Of a stretch of DNA of 64,000 bases, positions 1-9,890 are shown piece by piece (position 1 is the stretch's first letter; each line of letters starts with the position of its first letter). Source of the DNA: Candidatus Latescibacterota bacterium (lineage in GTDB: Bacteria > Latescibacterota > UBA2968 > UBA8231); assembly GCA_965206595.1 (NCBI GenBank), contig OZ242214.1:4704001-4768000 (forward strand). The letters are read 5' to 3'. The notes under the pieces are model-generated. The model was not told the DNA's origin. It made no database searches and was given only the letters and a program-made list of their open reading frames with translations. The translations under genes were made by a program, and so were the position numbers.

Positions 1-310
1 CGTGCGAGAAGACGCGGTCGCCGACGCTGAGGCGCGTCGTCCCGGGGCCTAGCTCGACCACCTCGCCGACGCACATGTTGCCGAGAGGACAGGGAAACGG
101 CTCTCTGCCGCCGGCGGGCAGAAAGAGCCGGAGGTCGCGGCCATACGAGCCGCGCCCGCGTCCGTAGTCCTTGAAAATCGACATCTCCGTGCCGTGCTTG
201 GCGGCGCCGTACAGGCTATTGACGCGAACCTGCCCCGGTCCCGGCGCCTGGCTCTCGTATTCCCTGAACGCCACCTGCTCCCTTGCGGGAGCGTACAACT
301 CCCTCGGCAT
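1..310 (-). CDS. MDR/zinc-binding alcohol dehydrogenase-like protein, N-terminal part (runs off window edge)
   Basis: Manual translation from ATG at 310: MPRELYAPAREQVAFREYESQAPGPGQVRV...HGTEM...FPCPLGNMCVGEVVELGPGTTRLSVGDRVFS, a GroES-like ADH_N pattern. Confidence 0.8.
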   Translation of the reverse strand, partial: MPRELYAPAREQVAFREYESQAPGPGQVRVNSLYGAAKHGTEMSIFKDYGRGRGSYGRDLRLFLPAGGREPFPCPLGNMCVGEVVELGPGTTRLSVGDRVFSH

Positions 311-417
311 TGCCGCGTCTCCCTGTTTTCCCGGTGTCAACTGCGAAGGGCGTGCAATATATTGGAGCCCATACCCTTTTTCAATCGATTCATTCCGACA
401 GCGGAAAGCCCTCTCAC

Positions 418-1383
418 ATGACCGATCGCGTCAAAATCCTGGTCCCCGGCGACGACCCGCGGCAGATCGCCGGATCGCCGCAGCTGGCCCGCCTCGATCC
501 CCACGGAGACGTCACCCTGTACGACAACCGCCCTGGATCGTCGGGGGAGAAAATCGCCCGCGCCGACGGCTTCGACATCATCATCAACACGCGGGGCGTC
601 GTCGACTGGCGCGAAACCGAGCTGCGCGCCCTGCCTTCCCTGAAAATGATCGCGACCTGCTCCATTGGGACCGACATGATCGATCTCGACACCGCGAGGC
701 AATTGAACATCGTCGTCTCGAATCAGCCGGGCCGTACCGCACCGGTTGTTGCCGAGCACATGTTCGGGCTGATGTTTACGGTGGCCAAGCGGGCGGCCTT
801 TCAAACGAGGGAGATCGCCGAAAATCGCTGGACGCGGCGGATGAACCTTTCGGTCCGGGGGAAGGTGCTCGGAATAGTCGGCACCGGGAACATCGGGGCG
901 GAGATGGCGGCCCTCGGCAACGCCGTCGGAATGGAGGTGATCGCCTGGACCTTCAACCCCTCCCAGGAACGCGCCGAGCGGCTCGGGGTCCGCTTCGTCG
1001 AGTTGCAGGAGCTGCTCGAGAGCGCCGACTACGTCAGCATCCACACCGCTCTGAGCGACGCTACGCGCGGGCTGATCGGCCGGATGGAGCTGCAGGCGAT
1101 GAAGCCTGGCGCCGTGATCCTCAACGGCGCGCGCGGCGCCGTGCTCGATCTCGACGCCCTGGCCGAGGATCTCGCCTCCGGTCACCTCGGCGGCGCCGGC
1201 CTCGATGTCTTCGAAGAAGAGCCATTTGTCGCCGACCACCCGATCAAAAAGTGCGAGCAGGTCGTCTTCACCCCCCACGCGGCCGATCAGACCCCGGAGG
1301 GGGCGGAGCTGCTCAACGAAGGGGCGGTCGACAACGTGCTCGCCTTCCTCGCAGGGGAGCCGCGGAACAACGCCGCGGCGTGA
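418..1383 (+). CDS. D-isomer-specific 2-hydroxyacid dehydrogenase (SerA/glyoxylate reductase-like)
   Basis: GIVGTGNIG Rossmann motif, LNGARG, AGLDVFEEEP, TPHAA; ATG at 418. Confidence 0.9.
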   Translation: MTDRVKILVPGDDPRQIAGSPQLARLDPHGDVTLYDNRPGSSGEKIARADGFDIIINTRGVVDWRETELRALPSLKMIATCSIGTDMIDLDTARQLNIVVSNQPGRTAPVVAEHMFGLMFTVAKRAAFQTREIAENRWTRRMNLSVRGKVLGIVGTGNIGAEMAALGNAVGMEVIAWTFNPSQERAERLGVRFVELQELLESADYVSIHTALSDATRGLIGRMELQAMKPGAVILNGARGAVLDLDALAEDLASGHLGGAGLDVFEEEPFVADHPIKKCEQVVFTPHAADQTPEGAELLNEGAVDNVLAFLAGEPRNNAAA

Positions 1384-1385
1384 CC

Positions 1386-2222
1386 ATGTTCACTTCGCTG
1401 AGCTCGGGAGCCATCGGCGTGAGCGCCACCCTCGAGGAGGGGCTGCGGCTGGCGGCTTCGCACGGGTTCGACGGTCTCCACTTCAACATCGCGGAAGCGG
1501 CCGCTCTCGGTCCCGGCAGGGTGCGCGAACTGTGCGCCGAGACGGGAGTGCGCCTCTCGGCTTTCGGCTTCCCCGTCGACTTCCGCGGCGGCGAGCGGGA
1601 TTTCGAAAGGGACCTGGAGCGCCTTCCGGAACTTGCCGCGGTGGCCGAGCAGCTTGGGGTGCAGCGGACCGCGACCTACCTCCTTCCCTGGTCGGACGAG
1701 CTGCCGTTCGGCGACAACTTCGCCCTTCACCGCGACCGCCTGAACCCCGTCGCGGCGATTCTCGCCGATCGCGGCATCCGCTTCGGTCTCGAGTACGTCG
1801 CCCCGGACACCATGAGGGCCGGCAGGAAACACTCCTTTGTGCACACGATGGTCCAGACCCTCGAGCTGTGCGCCGCCGTCGGCGGCAACGCCGGTCTGCT
1901 CGCCGACTCGTGGCATTGGTACACCGCCCGGGAAACCGCTGACGACCTGCGCTTCCTCCCCGCCGGGACGGTCGTCGACGTGCACGTCAACGACGCCCCG
2001 GATCTCCCGGTTGAAACCCAGGAAGACCACGTCCGCGCCATGCCGGGGGAAACAGGCGTCATCGACATCGCCGCTTTTCTCGGAGCCCTGGCCGAGATCG
2101 GATACGACGGCCCCATGATGGCGGAGCCGTTCAGCGAGCGGGTCAGGCGCCTCCCCTCGGGGGAAGCCTGCGCGCAGACGATAGCGTCGCTGCGCAAGGT
2201 CCGGCCCCTGGCCGGACTGTAG
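1386..2222 (+). CDS. sugar phosphate isomerase/epimerase (xylose-isomerase-like TIM barrel)
   Basis: C-terminal part of ORF 171..2222; GLEY, DSWHW, VHVND, R..PGETG.ID, EPF metal motifs; ATG 2 nt after the upstream stop. Confidence 0.85.
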   Translation: MFTSLSSGAIGVSATLEEGLRLAASHGFDGLHFNIAEAAALGPGRVRELCAETGVRLSAFGFPVDFRGGERDFERDLERLPELAAVAEQLGVQRTATYLLPWSDELPFGDNFALHRDRLNPVAAILADRGIRFGLEYVAPDTMRAGRKHSFVHTMVQTLELCAAVGGNAGLLADSWHWYTARETADDLRFLPAGTVVDVHVNDAPDLPVETQEDHVRAMPGETGVIDIAAFLGALAEIGYDGPMMAEPFSERVRRLPSGEACAQTIASLRKVRPLAGL

Positions 2223-2223
2223 A

Positions 2224-3405
2224 ATGGCCGTACGGGTCGCCCACATAACACCGACGGACCGCATCGCCTGCCTGATGATGCGCACCCGGCTCTCCCACCT
2301 GCGCGACGCAGGATACGAAGTCAGTGTCATTTGCGGCCGCTCTCCCGAAGGCGCCTGGGGGGAAGAGCTGAGCGCCCAGGGGCTGGAGGTGATCCACGTT
2401 CCGTTCGCCCGGGAAATTGCCCCGTTTACGGACGCGCGCTGCGCCCTGGCACTGTACCGTGCCATCCGCCGGGACGGCTTCGACATCGTGCACTCGCACA
2501 ATCCGAAGGGGGGACTGCTCGGTCCGGTGGCCGGAAAACTGGCTCGCGGGCCGGTCGTCCTTCATACCGTGCACGGTTTCCTGTTCAACGAGAACGCCAC
2601 GGGAATGCGCCGGGGCATGGCCCTGGGCGCCGAGCGCTGGACCGCGGCCTGGTGCGACCACCTGCTGTTCCAGAGCGAAGAGGATTTCGCCTACGCCCGC
2701 GACCACAGGTTCAAACCCGAGGACAGGTTGCATCTCGAGGGGAACGGCATAGACGAGACCCGCTTCGACCCGCGGCTCTACCCCGAAGCGCGGCGCGAGA
2801 AGCGGCGCGAGCTGGGGTTGGAGGAGGCCGACCTCGTCGTCGGAATGGTCGGGCGCCTGGTGGAGGAGAAGGGGTACCGGGAGTTCTTCGAGATGGCCGG
2901 CCGGCTCGCCAGGTCCAGGGAGGAGGTGCGTTTCCTCAACGTCGGGATCGCGGAACCGGAGCAGTCCGATGCCATCGATCCACATCTCCTGGCGCGACAG
3001 CACGGCCTCGACGGCAAATGCGTGCTCCTGGACCGGCGTCGCGACATGCCCGAGCTCTACCTGGCGATGGACGTAGCCGTCCTGCCCTCGCACAGGGAGG
3101 GGATTCCGCGGGCGCTGATGGAGGCCGCGGCCATGGGGGTCCCGGGGGTTGCAACCGACATACGGGGCACGCGGGAGGTGATCGAAGACGGGGTCACCGG
3201 GCTGCTGTTCCCGCTGCGGGACGGCGACCGCTTTCTCGACAGCGTCGACCGCCTGCTGCAGGACGGCGAGTTGAGACGGGGGATGGGCAGGGCGGCGAGG
3301 CGGCGGGTGCTCGGAAAATACACTGAGACCGCCACTTCCCGGCGGCTGCAGAGCTGTTACCGGGAGATACTCGACAGGAAACAGGGGCACGCCCTGCGCC
3401 CATAA
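2224..3405 (+). CDS. glycosyltransferase family 4 (GT-B)
   Basis: VHSHNPK, GRLVEEKG, PSHREGIPRALMEAAAMG motifs. Confidence 0.92.
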   Translation: MAVRVAHITPTDRIACLMMRTRLSHLRDAGYEVSVICGRSPEGAWGEELSAQGLEVIHVPFAREIAPFTDARCALALYRAIRRDGFDIVHSHNPKGGLLGPVAGKLARGPVVLHTVHGFLFNENATGMRRGMALGAERWTAAWCDHLLFQSEEDFAYARDHRFKPEDRLHLEGNGIDETRFDPRLYPEARREKRRELGLEEADLVVGMVGRLVEEKGYREFFEMAGRLARSREEVRFLNVGIAEPEQSDAIDPHLLARQHGLDGKCVLLDRRRDMPELYLAMDVAVLPSHREGIPRALMEAAAMGVPGVATDIRGTREVIEDGVTGLLFPLRDGDRFLDSVDRLLQDGELRRGMGRAARRRVLGKYTETATSRRLQSCYREILDRKQGHALRP

Positions 3406-3415
3406 GGAGGATGAG

Positions 3416-4648
3416 ATGTGTGATGTCACCAGCCGGACGGGACGCTGGCAACTCCTGCTGATCGCTTTCCTGTCGGGGGGACTGGCCGCCGGATGCTCGG
3501 GTAATGAGCGGCCCAATGCGGCGCAGATCGTCGCCGCGGTGCGGTCAGCGGTCGAAGAAGCGGCGTCCGGCGCGGATGAGGGAGGCCCTGGAGAGGACGC
3601 CCCCGGGGACCCGCGCCTGAAGCAGATCGAGCTGCCGCAAGGTTTCCGCATTCGCGTGTACGCCGAGGGAGTAACCGGCGCCCGCTCCCTGAGCCTGGGC
3701 AGCGGTGGCACACTGTTCGTCGGCACTCAGTTCGGCGGCAGGGGCCGCGTCTACGCCCTGCGCGACGAGGACGGGGACCACAGGGCGGAGCGGGTCGTCA
3801 CTCTTGCCAGCGACCTGACGACACCGAACGGAGTAGCCTTCAGGGACGGCGACCTGTACGTGGCGGAAATCAGCCGCATCCTGCGCTACCCCGGCATCGA
3901 GGCGCGCCTCGACGATCCGCCGCCGCCGGAGATCGTCAACGACGCTTTCCCCACCGATCGCGCCCACGGCTGGAAGTTCATCCGCTTCGGCCCGGACGGC
4001 ATGCTGTACGTGCCGGTTGGCGCGCCCTGCAACATTTGCCTCTCCGCGGATCCCTTCGCCTCGATCGGAAGACTCGATCCCTCCACCGGGGATTTCGAAG
4101 TCGTGGCGCGGGGCGTGCGCAATTCCGTCGGCTTCGACTGGCACCCGGAAACGGGGGAAATGTGGTTCACGGAAAACGGAAGGGACTGGATGGGGGACGA
4201 TGAGCCGCCTGACGAGCTGAACCGGGTGAGCGCCGCGGGACAGCACTTCGGCTATCCCTACTGCCACGGGGCGGCCATCGCCGATCCCGAGTTCGGCGCC
4301 CGGCGCAACTGCAGCGAGTTCGCTGCTCCGGTCCGGGAGCTCGGCGCGCACGTGGCGGCCCTGGGGATGCGCTTTTACACCGGCGACATGTTTCCGCAGG
4401 AATACCGCAACCAGGTCTTCATCGCCGAGCACGGCTCCTGGAACCGCAGCAGCAAGATCGGCTACCGCATCACCCTGGTGCGCCTCGACGCCGGCGGGGC
4501 CGCAGGGTACGAGCCGTTCGCGGAAGGCTGGCTGCAGGGGGAGTCGAACTGGGGCCGGCCCGTCGACCTCCTCGTCATGCCGGACGGCTCGCTGCTGGTC
4601 TCCGACGACGGGGCCGGCCTGATCTACCGGATCAGCTATTCCGGCTGA
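3416..4648 (+). CDS. glucose/sorbosone dehydrogenase family beta-propeller lipoprotein
   Basis: Lipobox LAAGC; FGPDGMLYVPVGAPCN, GVRNSVGFDWHP, AEHGSWNR, GRPVD. Confidence 0.88.
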   Translation: MCDVTSRTGRWQLLLIAFLSGGLAAGCSGNERPNAAQIVAAVRSAVEEAASGADEGGPGEDAPGDPRLKQIELPQGFRIRVYAEGVTGARSLSLGSGGTLFVGTQFGGRGRVYALRDEDGDHRAERVVTLASDLTTPNGVAFRDGDLYVAEISRILRYPGIEARLDDPPPPEIVNDAFPTDRAHGWKFIRFGPDGMLYVPVGAPCNICLSADPFASIGRLDPSTGDFEVVARGVRNSVGFDWHPETGEMWFTENGRDWMGDDEPPDELNRVSAAGQHFGYPYCHGAAIADPEFGARRNCSEFAAPVRELGAHVAALGMRFYTGDMFPQEYRNQVFIAEHGSWNRSSKIGYRITLVRLDAGGAAGYEPFAEGWLQGESNWGRPVDLLVMPDGSLLVSDDGAGLIYRISYSG

Positions 4649-4651
4649 CCG

Positions 4652-5740
4652 CTACTGTTGCACCCCTGCCTTCACCTCGCGCTCGAAAGCCTCGATCTCC
4701 TGCATGCCGTCGAGGACTCCGATCTCGATGTGAAAGTCGCGCACCACTCCCGGCTCGATGTACTCCAGGGTCTGGTGCTTCCTGTTCCAGGCGCGCCCGA
4801 GGACGCTGCAGTTCCCCGGCTCGACGCCGGTGACGAAGGTGCCGCGGTGGAAGTGCTGCCACTGGTTGACGATCGGTATTTCCCGCTGCGGAAACTTCCA
4901 GTACAACCCCAGCTCCAGACCCTCGTTGATCAGGCCGACGTGAACGTCGCCGTCGCGGTCCGCCAGCGTCCTGTGGATGTACACGTCGTCGTGCATCTCC
5001 GCCTTCGGCTCCGTGACCAGGCTGTATTCTTCCGGCCCGACCTCCTGGTCGTTCTCCCACTCGGTGCTCTGGCGCGAATGCAGCACCAGGCGGGTGCCGG
5101 CGTCGAGCAGCGGCCAGCCTGGATTGGTGTGGTAGACGACCATCAGCGGCGCCGGGTCCACCCCCATGTTCTCGACGCGGTCGTGTATGCGAATCGACTT
5201 TTCTCCGAGCACGGTCGACACCTCGCGGGACATTTCGAGGCAGTGCCCGAACATGATGGTCTCCCGCATCCTGCCGCTGGCGCGAATGACGTACTCTTCA
5301 TCCTCCCATGAACCGCCGGCGACGACCTGCTTGGCCGGGATGTACGACAGGCGGCCGTGCAGGCCGAGCTCCTCGTCCTCGGCCTCGGGGTCGGTCTCGG
5401 GGTGTCCTACGAAGGTCATCCCGCAGGTGGTCAACAGTCCGAGGTAGGAACCGCGCATCCAGTTGAAGCCATCCGGCTCGTAGAATGCCGGGCCGACATC
5501 CCCGGTCTTAGAGCGGAAACAAAGCGACATCCCCTTGTAGGATGCCGAGGCGATATCGAGGGCGCGTCCGGGAAGCAGGGTGAAGCTGAGACCGGAGGCG
5601 TTCGCTATCTCGATCAGGTCGGCGCCGCGCTCGTTCCCTTCGACGAGCTCCGCCCGCCTCACGCCGGCCACCTGGCTCATGTCGCCGACGAGGTCGAGAA
5701 TCTGCTGCTTCGTGTAGTTCCGTCCGTACAGTATTGGCAT
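4652..5740 (-). CDS. aldose 1-epimerase family protein (DUF4432-like)
   Basis: LPGRALDI, LLTTCG, LHGRLS, YHTNPGWPLL, GVEPGN; start at MPILYG. Confidence 0.82.
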   Translation of the reverse strand: MPILYGRNYTKQQILDLVGDMSQVAGVRRAELVEGNERGADLIEIANASGLSFTLLPGRALDIASASYKGMSLCFRSKTGDVGPAFYEPDGFNWMRGSYLGLLTTCGMTFVGHPETDPEAEDEELGLHGRLSYIPAKQVVAGGSWEDEEYVIRASGRMRETIMFGHCLEMSREVSTVLGEKSIRIHDRVENMGVDPAPLMVVYHTNPGWPLLDAGTRLVLHSRQSTEWENDQEVGPEEYSLVTEPKAEMHDDVYIHRTLADRDGDVHVGLINEGLELGLYWKFPQREIPIVNQWQHFHRGTFVTGVEPGNCSVLGRAWNRKHQTLEYIEPGVVRDFHIEIGVLDGMQEIEAFEREVKAGVQQ

Positions 5741-6060
5741 CCGCAACCGCTCCTGGTTTGTACCGCTTGTGGGAACAGGCGCGGAAGATAGGGCGGCGGC
5801 AACAGGAGACACAAGAATCCCGGACCAGGTTCGAGAGGCGTCCCCCGGAACCGGCGCCGGAACTCTCGGAAGCCTCTGAACCTGCTGCTTCGATCGGGAT
5901 TCCCAGGTCTTGACGAACCGCGACGGCTGCCGGCTTATTGCAGCCCCTCGCCGCGCCTTGCGCTTCACCTGGCAGACCTGCCCCGCGTGCCTTCGCACCC
6001 TGCGGAACGCTCCTTCGCACCCCGACCGATTCCATGAACGCATCCTGAAAAATGACGGTG

Positions 6061-6780
6061 ATGAACGCCATCCTGATGGTGGCGACCTCCGCGGAGCAGA
6101 GGCTGCTCGCCGGTGAGATCGACGGTGTCCGCCATCGAGTGGGGGGGCGCCCCTGGCACAGCGGCCGCCTGCGGGGCTGGTACGTCCACCTGGTCGAAGG
6201 GGGGCTGGGAGCGGTCAATACCGCCCAGGCGCTGACCTGCGGGCTGCAGGCCGACCTGCCCGATCTCGTCCTGCAGGTCGGGGTCGGCGGGGGATATCCG
6301 CACACTTCCCTGCGCGTCGGGGACGTCGTCCTCGCCAGCGAGGAGGTGTACGGGGACCTCGGGGTGCGCACCGGGGCCGGTTGGCAGTCCTGCGAGCTGA
6401 TCGGCATTCCGGCCTGGCGAGACGGCGAAGGCGAGATCTTCAACCGTTTCGAGCTCGATGCGGCGCTGGTCTCGCAGGCGCGAGACGTCGTCGCCGCTTC
6501 AGCGGAGGAGCCCGCGGTGGGCGCCTTTGTCACGGTTCAGGAATGCAGCGGCAGCGCCGAGCTCGGCAGGGAGCGGGGCCTGCGCTTCGAGGCCCTGTGC
6601 GAGAACATGGAAGGGGCCGCGGCCGCCCACGTCAGCAGGATCTACGGCGTCCCCTTCCTCGAGATTCGCGGGATCAGCAACCGGGTCGAGGACCGCGACA
6701 CCGACAGCTGGGACATTCCCCGGGCGGCCGGTGCCGCCCAGTCCGCGGCCCTGGTGGCCTTGGAGAAGCTCGAGCTGTGA
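6061..6780 (+). CDS. mqnB: futalosine hydrolase
   Basis: PNP/MTAN-type motifs GLGAVNTA, GVGGGY, ENMEGAAAA, EIRGISNRV; directly upstream of mqnD. Confidence 0.88.
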   Translation: MNAILMVATSAEQRLLAGEIDGVRHRVGGRPWHSGRLRGWYVHLVEGGLGAVNTAQALTCGLQADLPDLVLQVGVGGGYPHTSLRVGDVVLASEEVYGDLGVRTGAGWQSCELIGIPAWRDGEGEIFNRFELDAALVSQARDVVAASAEEPAVGAFVTVQECSGSAELGRERGLRFEALCENMEGAAAAHVSRIYGVPFLEIRGISNRVEDRDTDSWDIPRAAGAAQSAALVALEKLEL

Positions 6781-7610
6781 GCTCGCAGGAATATTCCCTG
6801 GGTTATTCCCCCTGCCCGAATGACACCTTCATCTTCTATGCCCTCGTGCGAGGCCGGCTGCCGGGGGCGCCCCGGTTCCGCGAAATCCTCGAGGATATCC
6901 AGACTCTGAACGAGATGGCGGGGAGCGCCGGGCTCGATGTCGTCAAGGTCTCCTTCCACGCCCTTGCCTACCTCCGGAACGAGTACTGTCTGTTGCATTC
7001 AGGCGGAGCCCTCGGCCGTGGCTGCGGCCCCATGGTCGTGGCAAGGGAAGCCCTCTCCCCGGAGGAGCTCGGCGGCCTGAGAGTGGCGATCCCGGGGGCG
7101 TTGACGACCGCGGCGCTGCTGCTGCGGCTGTTCGCGCCGGAAATGCCCGCGCCGGCAATCCTGCCGTTTCACGAGATCATGCCGGCGGTCAGCGACGGCC
7201 GCGTCGACGCCGGCGTAATCATCCACGAGAGCCGCTTCACCTACCCGGACTACGGGTTGAGGCAGGTCGTCGACCTCGGGGAGTGGTGGGAACAGGAGAC
7301 CGGCCGCCCCATCCCACTGGGGGGCATCGCCGCGCGGCGGAAACTGGGAGCCGGAACGATCGCCGCCATCGACCGCGCCCTGCGCCGGAGCGTCGATTAC
7401 GCCCATGCCCATCCGGAGGAGACGCGCGAATACGTCGCCGCGCACGCACAGGAGATGGAGCGCGAGGTCGTCGAATCCCACATTGCCCTTTACGTCAACG
7501 ACTTCACCCTCGAATACGGAAGCGAAGGGACCGCGGCGATCAAGGAGCTGATGCGCCGGGCGGCGCGAGCCGGCATCGTTGCGGCTGGGGACGAGCCGCT
7601 GTTCGCATGA
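6777..7610 (+). CDS. mqnD: 1,4-dihydroxy-6-naphthoate synthase
   Basis: LGYSPCPNDTFIF, GALGRGCGP, IHESRFTY, PIPLGGI, HIALYVN; GTG start overlaps the mqnB stop. Confidence 0.93.
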   Translation: MSSQEYSLGYSPCPNDTFIFYALVRGRLPGAPRFREILEDIQTLNEMAGSAGLDVVKVSFHALAYLRNEYCLLHSGGALGRGCGPMVVAREALSPEELGGLRVAIPGALTTAALLLRLFAPEMPAPAILPFHEIMPAVSDGRVDAGVIIHESRFTYPDYGLRQVVDLGEWWEQETGRPIPLGGIAARRKLGAGTIAAIDRALRRSVDYAHAHPEETREYVAAHAQEMEREVVESHIALYVNDFTLEYGSEGTAAIKELMRRAARAGIVAAGDEPLFA

Positions 7611-7848
7611 GCTGCGGAAGGCCTCCATCAGGGTCCGGCGGCGTGGAAGGAGCGTCGGGCTGCGGGGCCATTCCATCCTCGCAGCCTCCACCGAGAAGTA
7701 GCGGACTCGCGGAAGGACCTCCGTGGCGAAGGCCGCCCAGGAGGTCCTGGCGCCTTTGAACTCGGAAAGGCGCGACAGACTCGGCAGCCAGCGCTCGACG
7801 CAGAAATCCTGGCCATTTGTTTGATCGGGACAGCAAAGGAGACAGGAG

Positions 7849-8874
7849 ATGAGATTGATTCAGTACCGGGAGGCGGACGGCAGCGATCGCGTCGGGGCCG
7901 TCGACGGGGATCGGGTGATCGACCTGACCGGCGATGACGGACCGGCGACCGTCCATGGCATCTACTACGATTGCGGTGGCCAGGCCGAGGGGCTCGAGAC
8001 CGCTCTCTCCAGGCTCGTCGACAAGGCCCCGGGCCCTTCGATGCGGCTTTCCGACCTCCTCGCCCGACGCGAGGGCGACGGGGGACCGTACCTGCTCAAG
8101 CCGGCCAGCGGCCCTGAGGACGATCCCCACGCCTTGCGCATCTGGCTGGCAGGGGTGACGCACGAGGACAGCGCCAGGCTCCGCGAGATCGAGGCGAAGC
8201 AGGCCACCGGCGACCAGGTCAACGTGTACGAGCAGAAGTACCGAGAATGCGCCGTGGGGGGGCGCCCCGAGCTGTTCGCCAAGGGGGACCCCGACAGCGT
8301 CGTCGGTCACGGCCAGATCCTCACCCGCCCCCAGGACACGCAGCGGCTCGTTCCCGAGACCGAGCTGGTCAGCCTGTACGGCCTCAACGGGCGCGGCGAG
8401 CTCGAGCGTCTCGGATACACCGGCGGCAACGACGCCACCGACAACGGCATGGAGGCCGCCAACCCCCTGAACCTGCCCCAGGCCAAGAACTGGGCAGGCG
8501 GCTGCGCCAGCTTCGGTCCGGTTCTCGTGACTGTTTCGGAGTTCGACGACGACGAGGTGGCGGTCAGCTGCGAGATCATCCGCGACGGCCGGCGCGCCGG
8601 CTTCAAGGAAGGGGCGACCGGACAGGGGAATCTCAACATGCCGGAAGGGCTTTTTCACATGGAGCGGTCGCTGTTCAGCCGTCTGCCGCTGAATCCCCGG
8701 CAGCTCCAGGTCCTGTACTGGGGTACGCCGATCGTGTTCGCCGAAGCGGACCTCGCCGGGGGTCTGGTCGCGGGCGACGTCGTGCGCATGGCCTTCGCCG
8801 GGATCGGTACTCTGGAAAACCCGATCGCCGACCTGCCGGAAACCGATCAGCTCGAGGGGCTCATGCCGGACTGA
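7849..8874 (+). CDS. fumarylacetoacetate hydrolase-like protein (AraD1-like)
   Basis: AGVTH..SA, RPELFAKG, PETELV, GYTGGND, NPLNLPQAK, GIGTLENP. Confidence 0.75.
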   Translation: MRLIQYREADGSDRVGAVDGDRVIDLTGDDGPATVHGIYYDCGGQAEGLETALSRLVDKAPGPSMRLSDLLARREGDGGPYLLKPASGPEDDPHALRIWLAGVTHEDSARLREIEAKQATGDQVNVYEQKYRECAVGGRPELFAKGDPDSVVGHGQILTRPQDTQRLVPETELVSLYGLNGRGELERLGYTGGNDATDNGMEAANPLNLPQAKNWAGGCASFGPVLVTVSEFDDDEVAVSCEIIRDGRRAGFKEGATGQGNLNMPEGLFHMERSLFSRLPLNPRQLQVLYWGTPIVFAEADLAGGLVAGDVVRMAFAGIGTLENPIADLPETDQLEGLMPD

Positions 8875-8877
8875 ATC

Positions 8878-9890
8878 TCAGGACGCCGTCAGCGCCCCTG
8901 TTTCCTTGAGATGGATAACCGAGGCGGCGAACTGCTGCAGCTCGAAGTCCGAGCAGGCCGCCGCCGATTCCCCGCGTTCGTGGGGCGTGCGCCACTCTTC
9001 ATCCGCCGGCCGCGCCGCTCCATGCAACCTGCGAATGGCATCGAGGACGGAATCGAAGGGGCGCTCGGGAAACGGTTCCCCAGGCGGAAGGTCTCCCAGT
9101 ACTCCGGCTCGAGGATGCGGATGTGGCGGGCCGTCGAGGCCCCGAGCTCGATGCAGCCCTGCAGCTCGCCGGGCGCCTCGTCGAACAGCCGCAGCAGCCG
9201 CAGCCAGTCGACGACCCCGGTCCCCAGGGTGCAGCGGACGAAACGAAAACCGGACGCCGTCGGGTAGATGCGGTAGTCCTTCAGGTGGATGTGCTTGAGA
9301 TGGGGCAGCACGGTGCGGGCGAACTGCTCCGGCGTCTCGCCGACGGCGAGGGCGTTGGCGCAATCCATCGTGGCCCCAAGCATCGGGCTGCCCACCTGCT
9401 CGCAGAGCCACACCAACTCCTGTGGGCAGAGGTCCTGGTGGTTCTCGACCCCAACGAGAACCTCTGACTCCTCGGCGACCTCCATCACGCGACGCAGCGG
9501 TTCGATCAGGCCGGACAGGTGACGACGTCAGCCCGCGGCCCCGTAGCGCCGCCGATCCCCTTCCAGGACCGAGCTGATCGTCGTGCGCACGGCCCGGGCT
9601 CCGAGCTCGGCCGCGGTATCGACGGCGGCCAGCAGCGGTCCCTGATCATCGGCGAGATGCTCGCTGCCGGTGTCGAGGAACAGATCGAGCCCGTATTCAT
9701 CCAACAGGTTGCGAAACCTCGCGCGCTCGTCCGGGGGCCGCTGCGAGAGCAGGTCGGCAGCCGTTTCGATGCTCGCCAGCCCGCTCGCCGCGGCCAGCCC
9801 GGCGAACCTCTCCGGTTCGTGGGGATCGATCTCACAGCCGGCCTCGCGGTGAGCGCCTGTGAAGCTCCAGGCGCACAGGCCGATCTTCAC
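8878..9890 (-). pseudogene. sugar phosphate isomerase/epimerase TIM barrel, disrupted
   Basis: GTG at 9890 overlaps the hisS stop; in-frame TGA at 9528-9530 (GAAG*RRHL); ENHQD, MDCAN, IHLKD motifs; frameshift near 9080, C-terminus continues in ORF 8878..9411. Confidence 0.8.

Noticed and set aside
171-1385. Long N-terminal extensions of ORFs 171..2222, 24764..26476, 27650..29590, 55063..57594 and 59099..60805
   Set aside because: They overlap other genes or non-coding DNA; downstream starts with SD or stop-start coupling fit better.
9528-9530. TGA as selenocysteine or a reassigned Trp/Gly codon
   Set aside because: TGA terminates many genes here, the position is not a Cys site, and the same gene has a second lesion.
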